Assembly: GCA_964552825.1 (NCBI GenBank)
Contig: CAZKIE010000004.1
Location: forward strand, 56,964-120,963
Direction: 5' to 3'
Length of the DNA: 64,000 nucleotides
Origin: an uncultured Staphylococcus sp.
GTDB lineage: Bacteria; Bacteroidota; Bacteroidia; Bacteroidales; Muribaculaceae
Below are positions 29,319 to 39,980 of this stretch, in pieces; position 1 is the first letter of the stretch; each line of letters opens with the position of its first letter. Below the pieces are notes generated by a model. That model saw only the letters and a list, made by a program, of their open reading frames with translations, had not been told where the DNA came from and ran no database searches. The position numbers and the translations under genes are program-made.

Positions 29319-31631
29319 ATGGCAGGGGAAGAGTATCTCGACAGTCTCAACGGCCAGCAGCGCGAAGCGGTGGTCTATTGCGACGGCCCACAGCTCGTCA
29401 TCGCGGGTGCCGGGTCGGGGAAGACACGTGTGCTCACATATAAGATAGTTCATCTCCTGTGCCATGGTTATGAACCTTACCGTATCCTCGCCCTGACATT
29501 CACCAACAAGGCTGCCCGCGAGATGCGCGAACGTATAGAGCAGCTTGTGGGAGCCGACACCGCCTCGAAGCTGTGGATGGGTACATTCCACTCCATATTT
29601 GCCCGGATCCTCCGCCGCAATGCAGAGCTGATCGGATTCAAAAGCTCGTTTACCATCTACGATGCCGCAGATTCCAAATCGCTCGTCAAGAGCATCATTA
29701 AGGATATGCAGCTCGACGAGAAGATCTACAAGCCGTCGACGGTACTCAGCGCCATATCATGGGCCAAGAACGCACTCGTTTCCCCTGAAACATATGCCGC
29801 TGACCGTGAACTTATGGAGGCCGACCGTCGTTCCCGCAGGCCGGATATAGCAAGGATATACCGCGTCTACCGCGACCGTTGCATGGTGGCCGGAGCGATG
29901 GATTTCGACGACCTGCTCTACTACACCAATATCCTCCTCATTGATCATCCCGATGTTCGCCGTCACTACCGTGAGTTTTTCCGCTATATCCTCGTCGACG
30001 AGTATCAGGACACCAATCATGCCCAGCACCGCATAGTCACCCTCCTCACCGGTGAGGAGCAGAAACTTTGCGTGGTGGGCGACGATGCCCAGAGCATCTA
30101 CTCCTTCCGCGGAGCCAATATCCGCAATATCCTTGACCTCCGCAACTCGTTTCCGGGTCTCGAGACGTTCAAACTCGAGCGTAACTACCGCTCCACGCGC
30201 AATATCATCGACGCTGCAGGCAGTCTCATTGATAAAAATACGGAGCAGATACGCAAGAACGTGTTCTCCGAGAACGACCGGGGCGCACGTATCGACGTGA
30301 CCCGCTGTTACAGTGACTTCGAGGAGGCCTACCAGGTGGCTGCCCGCGTGTCGCAGCGCAGGCTTACCACCGGCGATTCGTTCGACGAGTTCGCAATCCT
30401 CTACCGCACCAATGCTCAGAGCCGTGTGCTTGAGGAGGCTCTGCGCAAGCGCAACATCCCCTACCGCATATATGGCGGTCTTTCGTTCTATCAGCGCAAG
30501 GAGGTGAAGGATGCCATCGCATATATGCGTCTTGCCGTCAACCCTGATGATGACGAGGCTCTGCGGAGGGTCATAAACACCCCTGCCAGGGGGATAGGGG
30601 AGACAACCCTCACCAAACTTACGCGTGCGGCTGTTGACGGCGGAGCGAGTATATGGCAGGTTCTCCACCGCCCCGACGACTTCCCGGTAGATCTTAACAA
30701 CGGCACAAAAAAGAAACTTTCAGCGTTCTACGACCTCATAGACCGGTTCATATCCATGAACGAGAGCGGATCGGATGCATATACCACGGCCCGGCAGATC
30801 ATTGAGGAGACCGGCCTGTATTCGATGTATCTTCACGACAACACTTCGGAAAACATATCCAAGAGAGAGAATCTTGAGGAATTGCTGTCCGGTGTGAAGG
30901 AGTATGTGGATAGTGCGGTCGAGCAGGGGAGCGATGAGGTGTCCCTGTCCAATTTCCTTGGCGAGATCTCGCTTGCCACCGATCAGGATTCCGATACATC
31001 CGCTGAGGAGCACGTCACGCTCATGACTGCCCATGCCGCAAAGGGTCTGGAATTCAATAATGTGTTCATTGTAGGGGTCGAGGAAGACCTTTTCCCGTCG
31101 GCCATGGTGGCCAATGATTTCAGAGGTGTAGAGGAGGAACGTCGGTTGCTGTATGTAGCCATCACACGTGCGCGCAACTACTGCATGATGAGTTATACGG
31201 CATCGCGTTTCCGCAACGGTCAGCCAACCACACCACGTCCCTCGCGCTTCATCAGCGATATCGACCCGGTGTATCTGCGGCTCGACACCGGCTCGGACTT
31301 CAGTGAGTCTCGGTCGGCAGTGGTCGCTCCATCGCGTCAGGCAGTACGTTTCACTCCCTCCATGGCCGGGAGTGCGCGTCCGCTCAACGAGCTGCGCTCC
31401 ACTATGCAGGCTCCACGCCGCACCGCCGTGCCGACTGCCGGAGAGATGCCCAGACATACGCCTGATGAAGTGGAAGTGGGTGTGCGTATCGAACACGCCA
31501 AATTCGGAAAGGGTGTGATCACGGCCATCGATATCGCCGGGACAGACCCGAGGATGACCGTGAAGTTTGACAACGACACCATGGATTCCCGCACCCTCCT
31601 GTTTAAATTCGCCAAATTCAATATCCTATGA
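29319..31631 (+). CDS. uvrD: UvrD/PcrA ATP-dependent DNA helicase
   Basis: AGAGSGKT, TFTNKAA, VDEYQDTN, GDDAQSIY, NYRST, HAAKGLEF, EERRLLYVAITRA. Confidence 0.93.
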   Translation: MAGEEYLDSLNGQQREAVVYCDGPQLVIAGAGSGKTRVLTYKIVHLLCHGYEPYRILALTFTNKAAREMRERIEQLVGADTASKLWMGTFHSIFARILRRNAELIGFKSSFTIYDAADSKSLVKSIIKDMQLDEKIYKPSTVLSAISWAKNALVSPETYAADRELMEADRRSRRPDIARIYRVYRDRCMVAGAMDFDDLLYYTNILLIDHPDVRRHYREFFRYILVDEYQDTNHAQHRIVTLLTGEEQKLCVVGDDAQSIYSFRGANIRNILDLRNSFPGLETFKLERNYRSTRNIIDAAGSLIDKNTEQIRKNVFSENDRGARIDVTRCYSDFEEAYQVAARVSQRRLTTGDSFDEFAILYRTNAQSRVLEEALRKRNIPYRIYGGLSFYQRKEVKDAIAYMRLAVNPDDDEALRRVINTPARGIGETTLTKLTRAAVDGGASIWQVLHRPDDFPVDLNNGTKKKLSAFYDLIDRFISMNESGSDAYTTARQIIEETGLYSMYLHDNTSENISKRENLEELLSGVKEYVDSAVEQGSDEVSLSNFLGEISLATDQDSDTSAEEHVTLMTAHAAKGLEFNNVFIVGVEEDLFPSAMVANDFRGVEEERRLLYVAITRARNYCMMSYTASRFRNGQPTTPRPSRFISDIDPVYLRLDTGSDFSESRSAVVAPSRQAVRFTPSMAGSARPLNELRSTMQAPRRTAVPTAGEMPRHTPDEVEVGVRIEHAKFGKGVITAIDIAGTDPRMTVKFDNDTMDSRTLLFKFAKFNIL

Positions 31632-32758
31632 GGATCAACGAGATACCAACCCCTTTCTATATAGTCTACGAGACACGTCTGCGCCGTAATCTCGAGCTGA
31701 TCAACCGTGTGGAGCGTGAGGCCGGGGTAAACATCATCATGGCTTTCAAGGCCAACGCCCTGTGGCGGTCGTTCTACATCATACGTGACTACAACCGCGA
31801 TTTCACGGCCAGTTCGCTCAACGAGTTGCGTCTCGGCAACGAGGAACTTGGCGGTGAGGCTCACGTATATTGTCCGGTCTATACCGACGGGACTATCGGC
31901 GAGTTCCTTTCGCGGGCCACACATCTGACTTTCAACTCTCTCAGCCAGTGGGAGAAGTATGGGAGCCGCACCATCGGGGCCGGAGTGTCCCCGGGATTGA
32001 GGGTCAATCCGCAGTGCTCGGTGATAGAGACGGAGATCTACAATCCCGCCCTGCCCGGATCGCGGTTTGGCGTCACGGCCGGACAGCTCGGAGGCGTGCT
32101 TCCTGACGGAATAGAGGGTTTGCACTTCCATGCGCTATGTGAAAGCTCTTCCTATGATCTCGCCAAGGTGCTCGCCGCTTTTGAGGAGCAATTCGGATAC
32201 TGTTTCAGACAGTTGAAATGGGTAAATTTCGGCGGAGGCCACCTCATGACACGCGAGGGCTACGATGTGGACCATCTCATCGCTTTGCTCCGGGATTTCC
32301 GTTCGCGATATCCGTGGCTCAAGGTTGTCATGGAGCCGGGTAGTGCCTTCACATGGCGCACAGGCGATCTGGTGACATCCGTGCTCGATGTGGTGGAGAA
32401 CCAGGGCATAAAGACGGCGATAATTGATGCGTCATTTGCCTGCCATGCACCTGACTGTCTGGAGATGCCGTATAAACCTGCCATAACCGAGAGTACCGCC
32501 GATGCTCCGGGTCTGCCTGTATATCGTCTCGGTGGCAATTCCTGTCTGAGCGGTGACTATGTGGGCGACTGGACATTCCCCGCTCCGCTACGGGCCGGCG
32601 ATCGCCTCACGCTTGAGGATATGAACCACTACACCACGGTGAAGACCAATATGTTCAACGGAATCCAGCATCCCGCCATCGTGATCTGCGACAGTGGGGG
32701 TGATTGCCGCTATCTGCGCCGGTTTGACTATGAAGACTATAAAAACCGCATGAGCTGA
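31628..32758 (+). CDS. nspC: Carboxynorspermidine decarboxylase
   Basis: GLRVNP, GLHFHALCE, NFGGGH, EPG, CLSGD, HYTTVKTNMFNG. Confidence 0.92.
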   Translation: MRINEIPTPFYIVYETRLRRNLELINRVEREAGVNIIMAFKANALWRSFYIIRDYNRDFTASSLNELRLGNEELGGEAHVYCPVYTDGTIGEFLSRATHLTFNSLSQWEKYGSRTIGAGVSPGLRVNPQCSVIETEIYNPALPGSRFGVTAGQLGGVLPDGIEGLHFHALCESSSYDLAKVLAAFEEQFGYCFRQLKWVNFGGGHLMTREGYDVDHLIALLRDFRSRYPWLKVVMEPGSAFTWRTGDLVTSVLDVVENQGIKTAIIDASFACHAPDCLEMPYKPAITESTADAPGLPVYRLGGNSCLSGDYVGDWTFPAPLRAGDRLTLEDMNHYTTVKTNMFNGIQHPAIVICDSGGDCRYLRRFDYEDYKNRMS

Positions 32759-33762
32759 TGGAGCAGAAACCGCGTTTTTCAGTTATCGTACCGGTCTACA
32801 ATCGTCCCGATGAGGTTGCCGACCTGATGAGGAGTCTGGCAGCCCAGACCTGTGGCGATTTCGAGGTCATCATAGTCGAGGATGGCTCAACGGTGAGATG
32901 TAAGGAGTCCGTGGATCGTTATCCGGAAGTGAGATCCAAATATTATTATAAGGATAACGAGGGCCGGTCGATAGCCCGCAACTATGGCATGGAACGGGCG
33001 GATGGTGATTATTTCATATTCTTCGACAGTGACTGTGTGATCCCGCCGGACTATTTCTCCATACTTGTCCGCGAGCTTGATGCCGCCCCGGTGGATGCGT
33101 TCGGTGGACCTGATGCCGCCCACGAATCATTCTCCTCCACACAGAAGGCTATAAACTATGCCATGACCTCCTTCCTGACCACGGGGGGGATACGTGGAGG
33201 AAAGGTGAGCCTTGAGAAGTTCACTCCGCGCACGTTCAACATGGGTTTCTCCCGTAAGGTCTATGAGACGGTGGGCGGATTCAGGGAAATGTTCTCGGAG
33301 GACATCGATATGAGCACGCGCATCCGCAATGCCGGATTCTCCATCCGGCTCATACGTCCTGCCTGTGTGTACCACAAGCGTCGCATCGATCTCGTCAGAT
33401 TCTTCCGGCAGGTTCATGTGTTCGGAATGTCGAGAATCACTCTGAAGCTGCTTTATCCCGGCTCGATGAAGCTCGTCCACACGCTTCCGGCCATAGCTGT
33501 CATCCTCGGATTTGTCATGCTCATGCTCGGGATCTTTGTATCGCCCTGGTGGTTGCTTCCGTTGGCCGTATATATAGCGGCCATATTCGTGACCGCGCTT
33601 GTATCGACCCGCTCCTTGGTCATTGCTGCCAAGGCCATTCCTGCGAGTGTGATTCAGATCACCGGCTACGGCACCGGTTTCATCCGTGCCTATTTCACCA
33701 AGATACTCCTCGGCCGTGGCCGGGACATTGAAGAGGAAATCCTCATACGCAAAGGAAAATAA
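32758..33762 (+). CDS. Glycosyltransferase family 2
   Basis: SVIVPVYN, EDGS, ARNYG, FFDSD, EDID; C-terminal TM helices. Confidence 0.9.
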   Translation: MEQKPRFSVIVPVYNRPDEVADLMRSLAAQTCGDFEVIIVEDGSTVRCKESVDRYPEVRSKYYYKDNEGRSIARNYGMERADGDYFIFFDSDCVIPPDYFSILVRELDAAPVDAFGGPDAAHESFSSTQKAINYAMTSFLTTGGIRGGKVSLEKFTPRTFNMGFSRKVYETVGGFREMFSEDIDMSTRIRNAGFSIRLIRPACVYHKRRIDLVRFFRQVHVFGMSRITLKLLYPGSMKLVHTLPAIAVILGFVMLMLGIFVSPWWLLPLAVYIAAIFVTALVSTRSLVIAAKAIPASVIQITGYGTGFIRAYFTKILLGRGRDIEEEILIRKGK

Positions 33763-34469
33763 TGGACGAAACACCCTTCATCTCCACACGCATCTCCGAC
33801 CTTCAGGCTGACGATAAGCCGCGCGAGAAAGCCCTGTCCACCGGTATCCGCTCGCTCAGCGATGCCGAGCTGATAGCCATTATCTTCGGTGGCGGTCTGC
33901 CGGGTATGTCGGTGATTGATCTGTCGCGTGCCATACTGCGCGATTGCGACGGAAAGGTCGACAATCTTGCCCGCCTGTCCATGAATGAGCTTATGAGTAA
34001 GTACAAGGGCGTGGGTCCGGCCAAGGCGGTGAGTCTTGCCGCTGCCTTTGAGCTGGGACGGCGCAACCGTGAGTCGGCTGCGAGGCGCGACGATCCGCAC
34101 ATCCGGTCGAGCCGCGATGTCGTGGAGCTGATGCAGCCGCTGCTCTCCGGTATCGAGTATGAGGAGTTTTGGGTGCTGATGCTTTCACGGACCAATAGGG
34201 TGACATTCAAGCGGTGCATATCCCAGGGTGGCACCGCAGCTACCGTCGTGGATGTCAAATTGCTGCTCAAACGTGCCATCGACTGTCTGGCGGAGGGCAT
34301 AATCCTCGTCCATAACCATCCGTCGGGCAATAGACTGCCCTCCGTCGAGGACGATGCTCTGACCCGCCGCATCAAGGATGGTGCGAAAATACTTGGTATC
34401 AATGTGCTTGACCATGTGATCATAGCCCGCGACACGTGTTATTCATACGCGGATGAGGGGCGGCTCTGA
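33762..34469 (+). CDS. radC: RadC family JAB-domain protein
   Basis: KPREK, LSDAELIAII, HNHPSG...PS..D, LDHVII. Confidence 0.92.
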   Translation: MDETPFISTRISDLQADDKPREKALSTGIRSLSDAELIAIIFGGGLPGMSVIDLSRAILRDCDGKVDNLARLSMNELMSKYKGVGPAKAVSLAAAFELGRRNRESAARRDDPHIRSSRDVVELMQPLLSGIEYEEFWVLMLSRTNRVTFKRCISQGGTAATVVDVKLLLKRAIDCLAEGIILVHNHPSGNRLPSVEDDALTRRIKDGAKILGINVLDHVIIARDTCYSYADEGRL

Positions 34470-34485
34470 AAATTTTTTCTGACGA

Positions 34486-34530
34486 CGCGACATTATCGCA
34501 CCTTTTCGCTTTTTTCTCATATTACCTTTG
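34486..34530 (+). promoter_or_regulatory. Conserved promoter module copy C
   Basis: CGCGACATTATCGCACCTTTTCG-N14-TACCTTTG, 20 bp before ATG 34551. Confidence 0.8.
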
Positions 34531-34550
34531 CAGAAAAAACGGAAAGAATC

Positions 34551-35078
34551 ATGAATAACACTCTATCAGTATCCAAGAAAGTCTATTCAGACATCAGTAC
34601 CCGCGTCAGCACATCACTTATCAACTTCCCCGCATCCGCCGCAGAGGCCATGCGTGTAGTCGATGCCTATCTTGCCGGCGACGCCGCTGTCAGCAGCACC
34701 GATCCCATGGCCATGATAGCGTTCAATATGATCAAGGTCGAGCTTGACCGCGCCATGACCCGCTCCTCCCGCGCCCGCGAGAGGGCAAGAGTGCGCAGGG
34801 AATCCGTGAAATCCTCTGTCTCCGTAAGTCCGCAGCGGCCTGATGTGGCTCCGGAAGAATTGAATGAACCCGCTCCTGTCATGCTCTCACGCAGGGAGCG
34901 ACGGGCCATGGCGCGCGCCCTTAGTAAAAAGACCGGGAAAAAAATGGGCGCGGATAGGCTGATAAGGTTGTATTCCGAAAAAAATTTCATACTTTTGCAC
35001 AGATATACAAATCTGTGTGACAATGAAGAGTTTTACATATTATGCCCCTACGGAGGTCGTGTTCGGACCGGCCACTGA
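34551..35078 (+). CDS. Hypothetical helical, basic protein (3' end uncertain)
   Basis: ORF directly after promoter module; ELDRAMTRSSRARERAR motif; tail overlaps next gene. Confidence 0.65.
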   Translation: MNNTLSVSKKVYSDISTRVSTSLINFPASAAEAMRVVDAYLAGDAAVSSTDPMAMIAFNMIKVELDRAMTRSSRARERARVRRESVKSSVSVSPQRPDVAPEELNEPAPVMLSRRERRAMARALSKKTGKKMGADRLIRLYSEKNFILLHRYTNLCDNEEFYILCPYGGRVRTGH

Positions 35079-36219
35079 GTCCCGCACCGGTGAGATGGTG
35101 AAGAAATGGGGCGGTTCCAATGTGCTTCTGGTCTATGGAGGCGGAAGTTGTGTCAAATCCGGTCTTCTTGGAAGAGTGAAGGATTCTCTCAAAGAGAGTG
35201 GGATCGGATATACCGAACTTGGCGGAGTAGTGCCTAATCCTCGTCTCTCGCTTGTGCGCGAGGGCATTGATATGGCCCGAAGCAAGGGTATTGATTTCGT
35301 TGTGGCGGTAGGCGGCGGAAGTGTGATAGACTCAGCCAAGGCTATTGCTGCCGGTGTCGAATACGAAGGTGACGTATGGGATTTCTTCCTGCGCACTAAG
35401 GTACCTGTCAAGGCTCTCCCGGTCGGAGTGGTGCTGACTATTCCCGCTGCCGGCAGTGAGATGAGCGATGGATGTGTTGTGACGCGCGAGCAGGAATGTG
35501 GTGACGAGAAGAAGTCGTTCTCCAACAATATCTGCCGTCCGCGCTTTGCTGTGATGAATCCGGAACTGACGTTCACTTTGCCTCCGTATCAGACTTCGTG
35601 TGGTGTGGTCGACATCATGATGCATACTCTTGAGAGATATTTCTCACGCGGGGAGGATATGTATATCACTGATGCTCTTGCCGACGCTCTGCTGAAGACT
35701 GTGATGAAATGCGGTGAGAAGGTGCTGTCTGCTCCGGATGATTATGCTGTGCGCGCTTCTATAATGTGGGCAAGTTCACTCGCCCATAATGATCTCACGG
35801 GCCTTCGTGGGCAGGGCGACTGGGCTGTTCACGGTATGGAGCACGAGGTGAGCGGTCTCTTTGACGTGGCTCATGGCGCTGGATTGGCTGCCATCTGGGG
35901 TGCGTGGGCTGAGTATGTGGTCTCGGAGTGTCCCGGACGGTTTGCACGTCTTGCGGTCAATCTTTTCGATATTCCCGCTACGTTTGAATCACGTGAGGAG
36001 ACGCTCATGGCTGCGCGGGCCGGTATCCGTGCCATGCAGGATTTCTTCCACACCATAGGTATGCCTGTCACGCTTTCGGAGCTTATCGGCCGTCGCCCGA
36101 CAGAGGAGGAGATCGCTCATATGGCACGTATGTGTACAAAGGACGGCACCGCTACGCTTGGCGCCGTGCGACCGCTCGGACTGAAAGATGTCGAGACAAT
36201 CTACCGCAATGCGGAGTGA
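35023..36219 (+). CDS. Iron-containing alcohol dehydrogenase (butanol dehydrogenase-like)
   Basis: YGGGS, GGGSVIDSAK, TIPAAGSE, HTLERYF, HGMEH, HGAGLA. Confidence 0.9.
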   Translation: MKSFTYYAPTEVVFGPATESRTGEMVKKWGGSNVLLVYGGGSCVKSGLLGRVKDSLKESGIGYTELGGVVPNPRLSLVREGIDMARSKGIDFVVAVGGGSVIDSAKAIAAGVEYEGDVWDFFLRTKVPVKALPVGVVLTIPAAGSEMSDGCVVTREQECGDEKKSFSNNICRPRFAVMNPELTFTLPPYQTSCGVVDIMMHTLERYFSRGEDMYITDALADALLKTVMKCGEKVLSAPDDYAVRASIMWASSLAHNDLTGLRGQGDWAVHGMEHEVSGLFDVAHGAGLAAIWGAWAEYVVSECPGRFARLAVNLFDIPATFESREETLMAARAGIRAMQDFFHTIGMPVTLSELIGRRPTEEEIAHMARMCTKDGTATLGAVRPLGLKDVETIYRNAE

Positions 36220-36262
36220 AAAATATAATCATCAACATAATAGCTTTATCTAACAGATTGAT

Positions 36263-37168
36263 ATGAAAGGAATTGTTCTTGCCGGAGGCTCCGGCACACG
36301 TCTGTATCCCATCACAAAGGGTGTCAGCAAACAGATGCTTCCGGTTTTTGACAAGCCGATGATCTACTATCCGATCTCTACTCTTATGCTGGCCGGGATC
36401 CGGGATATTCTCGTGATCTCCACTCCTCACGATCTGCCCGGTTTCAAGAGGCTTCTTGGCGATGGCTCGGATTTCGGGGTGAACATCGAGTATGCCGAGC
36501 AGCCTTCGCCCGACGGTCTGGCTCAGGCGTTCATAATAGGCGAGAAGTTCATTGGCGATGATTCCTGCTGTCTGGTGCTGGGCGACAATATTTTCCATGG
36601 CAATGGTTTCACGAAGTTGCTCCATGAGGCTGTGGAGACTGCTGAGAATGATGGCAAGGCCACGGTGTTTGGCTACTGGGTGAGTGATCCCGAACGCTAC
36701 GGTGTGGCTGAGTTTGACAAGGAAGGCAATTGCCTGTCAATTGAGGAGAAGCCTGCGCACCCCAAGTCTAACTATGCCGTTGTGGGTCTGTATTTCTATC
36801 CCAATAAGGTTGTGGATGTGGCCAAGAATATCAAGCCTTCTGCGCGCGGGGAGCTTGAGATCACTACGGTCAACCAGCGTTTCCTTGACGATAGGGAACT
36901 CATGGTCAAGACTCTCGGACGAGGATTTGCTTGGCTTGATACCGGTACGCACGATTCTCTATCTGAGGCTTCGACGTATATAGAGGTTATCGAGAAGCGT
37001 CAGGGTCTGAAGGTGGCGTGTCTTGAGGGTATCGCTTACCGTAAGGGCTGGATCACTCGTGAGAAGATGGTGGAGCTGGCTAAGCCGATGCTCAAGAATC
37101 CCTACGGGCAGTATCTGCTCAAGGTTGTCGATGAACTCGACCGCACCGAGCAGCCCAACCTCGACTGA
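36263..37168 (+). CDS. rfbA: Glucose-1-phosphate thymidylyltransferase
   Basis: [42 protein letters not shown]. Confidence 0.96.
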   Translation: MKGIVLAGGSGTRLYPITKGVSKQMLPVFDKPMIYYPISTLMLAGIRDILVISTPHDLPGFKRLLGDGSDFGVNIEYAEQPSPDGLAQAFIIGEKFIGDDSCCLVLGDNIFHGNGFTKLLHEAVETAENDGKATVFGYWVSDPERYGVAEFDKEGNCLSIEEKPAHPKSNYAVVGLYFYPNKVVDVAKNIKPSARGELEITTVNQRFLDDRELMVKTLGRGFAWLDTGTHDSLSEASTYIEVIEKRQGLKVACLEGIAYRKGWITREKMVELAKPMLKNPYGQYLLKVVDELDRTEQPNLD

Positions 37169-37179
37169 TTCGACTTCAC

Positions 37180-37218
37180 CGCCACCGGAGGCCACCCCCC
37201 TCCGGTGGCGTTTTTTTA
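37180..37218 (+). terminator. Intrinsic terminator after rfbA
   Basis: CGCCACCGGAGG...CCTCCGGTGGCG plus T7. Confidence 0.88.
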
Positions 37219-37419
37219 TGCCTTGTTTTTGAGATGATTGTTGTGCTAATGAAAAATTTACATTATCTTTGCGATTGCAGGCCGCCATTGCATAGACCCC
37301 GGTCTGGAGATATAGCGTGGTGGGTTGCAGTGGAATAAGTTTATAAGCGCATATATCCGTTTTTTCGTTATTAATTGGTTGGACTGTGGAATCATCAGCG
37401 TTTTCTAATTTTAAATACC

Positions 37420-39930
37420 ATGTCAATATTCCCAACTTTAAATAATAGGCTGTTAACCACTATTCTCTTGTTGCTATTAGTGTTTATTACGAATCAAGGT
37501 GTAAATGCCAAGCAGGCACAAATTGATGGGATGACGTATTTTCTTGATGTGTCAAAGAAAACCGCTGAACTAATGCCTAAAAAGAAGGGGCATTATTCCA
37601 TGGATGTTGTCATACCGTCAACTGTTAGATTAGGTGGTGAGAATTATACGGTAACTGCTATTGGAGAGAATGCTTTCGCGGGATGTAGTGGTCTGACGGG
37701 CGTCGAGATACCAACCTCGGTGATGATTATAGGAAATGGTGCTTTCTCGGGATGCAGTAGTCTGACAAGTATTGAAATACCATCTTCGGTAACGACTGTC
37801 GGGGACTATGCTTTCTCAGGATGTAGCAGTCTGATAAGCATTGAAATACCATCTTCAGTAACGGCGATCGGAATTTCCGTTTTCTCAGGATGCAGCGGCA
37901 TGACAAGTATTGGGATACCCGCATCAGTGATGGCTATCGGGGATTTTGCCTTTTCGGGATGTAATGGTCTGACAAGTATCGAAATACCTACATCAGTAAT
38001 GGCTATTGGAAATTATGCTTTCTCTGGATGCAGCAGTCTGGCAAGTGTTGAAATACCGGCCTTGGTTATGACTATTAGAGATCATGCTTTTTCAGGATGC
38101 AGCAGTCTGACAAGTATTGAAATACCGTCATCGGTAACTGCAATTGAAGATTATGCTTTCTCAGGATGTAGTAGTCTGACAAGTATTGAGATTCCATCCT
38201 CAGTAACTGCGATTGGGAGTTTTGCTTTCTCTGGATGTGAGAATCTTGTCAACGTTGAGCTTTCTGAGGATGCTATAATTTCTCCGGATACATTTTCTCC
38301 AAAGGCTAAAATTACATATTTTAATAGATTGGAATCTTGGGAGGATCTGAATAAGTATTTACTTACATGGGAGCAATATTATCACAAATACAAGAAATAT
38401 GAGCTAAATTTCAAGGATGTAAAGTCGATTGAGGCACGAATCAAACAGGACATAAATGAGTGGCAGGTTAAAGATGAATTTGAATCGACTGACACATGGA
38501 GACAGCGCGTAAACGACGCATCATTACATGAAAAGGCTGTTGAGCTTGGTGTGCGATATCTCGAGGTTTATAAAGATGATGTGGAGAATGTCAGTAGGGA
38601 GCAAAAAATAATGGCTAAGGATTATGAGCGGTATAAGAACAGAATGCTTAAAAGGTTCTATTCCGATAGGATTGCATTAGCTATTAAAGAGTTTGCAATC
38701 GCTAACTTCGATTTGAAGCCATACGATGCAGATAATCAGACTTTTTTAATTCACGGTGATTCATTCGGAGATATTCTTCTTCCGGTACCGTTAGCTGAGG
38801 CGCCTTCATTTAAAGAAAACTGGGTAGATATATGTCATAGTATTAGGCCGGAGTTTGTTCCGAATGGAGAAAATGTGGCTCTGAATAAATTGGTTTTCAT
38901 TAACAACGGCAAGAATTATATATATGATAGCCATACGGTTGCAAATTATGCAATTACTGATGTTGATTACAATTTTGCACCCGTTGAAATGTCTGAGATC
39001 AATTTCGCGGACATTGAAGTTGATGGCTTTTCTGCTATCACAGGTGATGTGTCATCATCTGTTGTCGGATTGAATAGTCAAGGTGCTGGCCTTGCGCAAA
39101 GGGTTTATACGCCGTCAAGGGTCAGTGTGTCTGCAAGTGATAGATCGGATGTCGATACATCAATTCCACAGAATGGTAGATTGGAGGATTCAACTACATT
39201 CGCTGTTATTATTGCTAATGAGAAGTATAATAGTGTATCTTCTGTCCCATATGCGGAGAATGATGGTGCGGTTTTGTCTAAATATCTGGTCAATGCGATT
39301 GGTCTTCCGGAAGAGCACGTCAAGGTGTATAATAATGCGACTTTTGGTAATATGGCTGCTGCGTTGAGACACATGGATAATCTTTCGCTTGCGTTTGGTG
39401 ATAAGCTTAATTTGATCCTGTATTATGCCGGACATGGTGTGCCTGATGAGCAGACAAGACGATGTATGCTTCTTCCTGTTGATGGCGATGCGACAATACC
39501 GGAGACTTGCTACGATGTTGATAAGCTTTATAGTGTTCTCGGAGGGTATAATGCAAATTCTGTTGTCGTGATGATGGATGCTTGTTTCTGCGGTTCTGTG
39601 CGTGGTGATGATATGTTGTTCGCTTCAAGAGGTGTTAGGATCAAATCGAGCCATTCGAGTCCTACGGGGAATATGGTGGTGTTTTCTGCGTCTCAGGGTG
39701 ACGAATCTGCTTTCCCTTTTGATCAGGAGCGGCATGGTCTGTTCACTTATTATCTGTTGAAGAAGTTACAGGAGAGCCAAGGGGATGTTACGCTTGGAGA
39801 ACTTGGCGATTATTTAGTTGAACAGGTAAAGCGCCAGTCGGTTGTTTCCAATGGTAAGTTGCAGACTCCTGTTGTTCATGTTGGGGTGTCTGTCAAGGAT
39901 GTTTGGAAGGATTGGAGATTGGGAAGATGA
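37420..39930 (+). CDS. Exported BspA-type LRR protein with C-terminal caspase (peptidase C14) domain
   Basis: Signal peptide; about nine 23-aa LTSIEIPSSVTAIGxxAFSGC repeats; YYAGHG and MMDACFCG dyad; HGLFTYYLLK; visibly AT-richer than flanks. Confidence 0.88.
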   Translation: MSIFPTLNNRLLTTILLLLLVFITNQGVNAKQAQIDGMTYFLDVSKKTAELMPKKKGHYSMDVVIPSTVRLGGENYTVTAIGENAFAGCSGLTGVEIPTSVMIIGNGAFSGCSSLTSIEIPSSVTTVGDYAFSGCSSLISIEIPSSVTAIGISVFSGCSGMTSIGIPASVMAIGDFAFSGCNGLTSIEIPTSVMAIGNYAFSGCSSLASVEIPALVMTIRDHAFSGCSSLTSIEIPSSVTAIEDYAFSGCSSLTSIEIPSSVTAIGSFAFSGCENLVNVELSEDAIISPDTFSPKAKITYFNRLESWEDLNKYLLTWEQYYHKYKKYELNFKDVKSIEARIKQDINEWQVKDEFESTDTWRQRVNDASLHEKAVELGVRYLEVYKDDVENVSREQKIMAKDYERYKNRMLKRFYSDRIALAIKEFAIANFDLKPYDADNQTFLIHGDSFGDILLPVPLAEAPSFKENWVDICHSIRPEFVPNGENVALNKLVFINNGKNYIYDSHTVANYAITDVDYNFAPVEMSEINFADIEVDGFSAITGDVSSSVVGLNSQGAGLAQRVYTPSRVSVSASDRSDVDTSIPQNGRLEDSTTFAVIIANEKYNSVSSVPYAENDGAVLSKYLVNAIGLPEEHVKVYNNATFGNMAAALRHMDNLSLAFGDKLNLILYYAGHGVPDEQTRRCMLLPVDGDATIPETCYDVDKLYSVLGGYNANSVVVMMDACFCGSVRGDDMLFASRGVRIKSSHSSPTGNMVVFSASQGDESAFPFDQERHGLFTYYLLKKLQESQGDVTLGELGDYLVEQVKRQSVVSNGKLQTPVVHVGVSVKDVWKDWRLGR

Positions 39931-39980
39931 TGGCTATGCGATTACCGGGAGGGGAATAATGCGGATTATGCTGGGTGTTT

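Noticed and set aside
33762-34469. radC as a marker of a mobile element
   Set aside because: It is the full-length chromosomal type in an operon with uvrD, nspC and a GT2 gene; no integrase is nearby.
36263-37168. rfbA as the start of a polysaccharide locus
   Set aside because: It is followed by a terminator with no rfbBCD or other capsule genes.
37650-38240. 69-bp repeats as a DGR or non-coding array
   Set aside because: They are in-frame LRR coding repeats, and no reverse transcriptase is present in the window.
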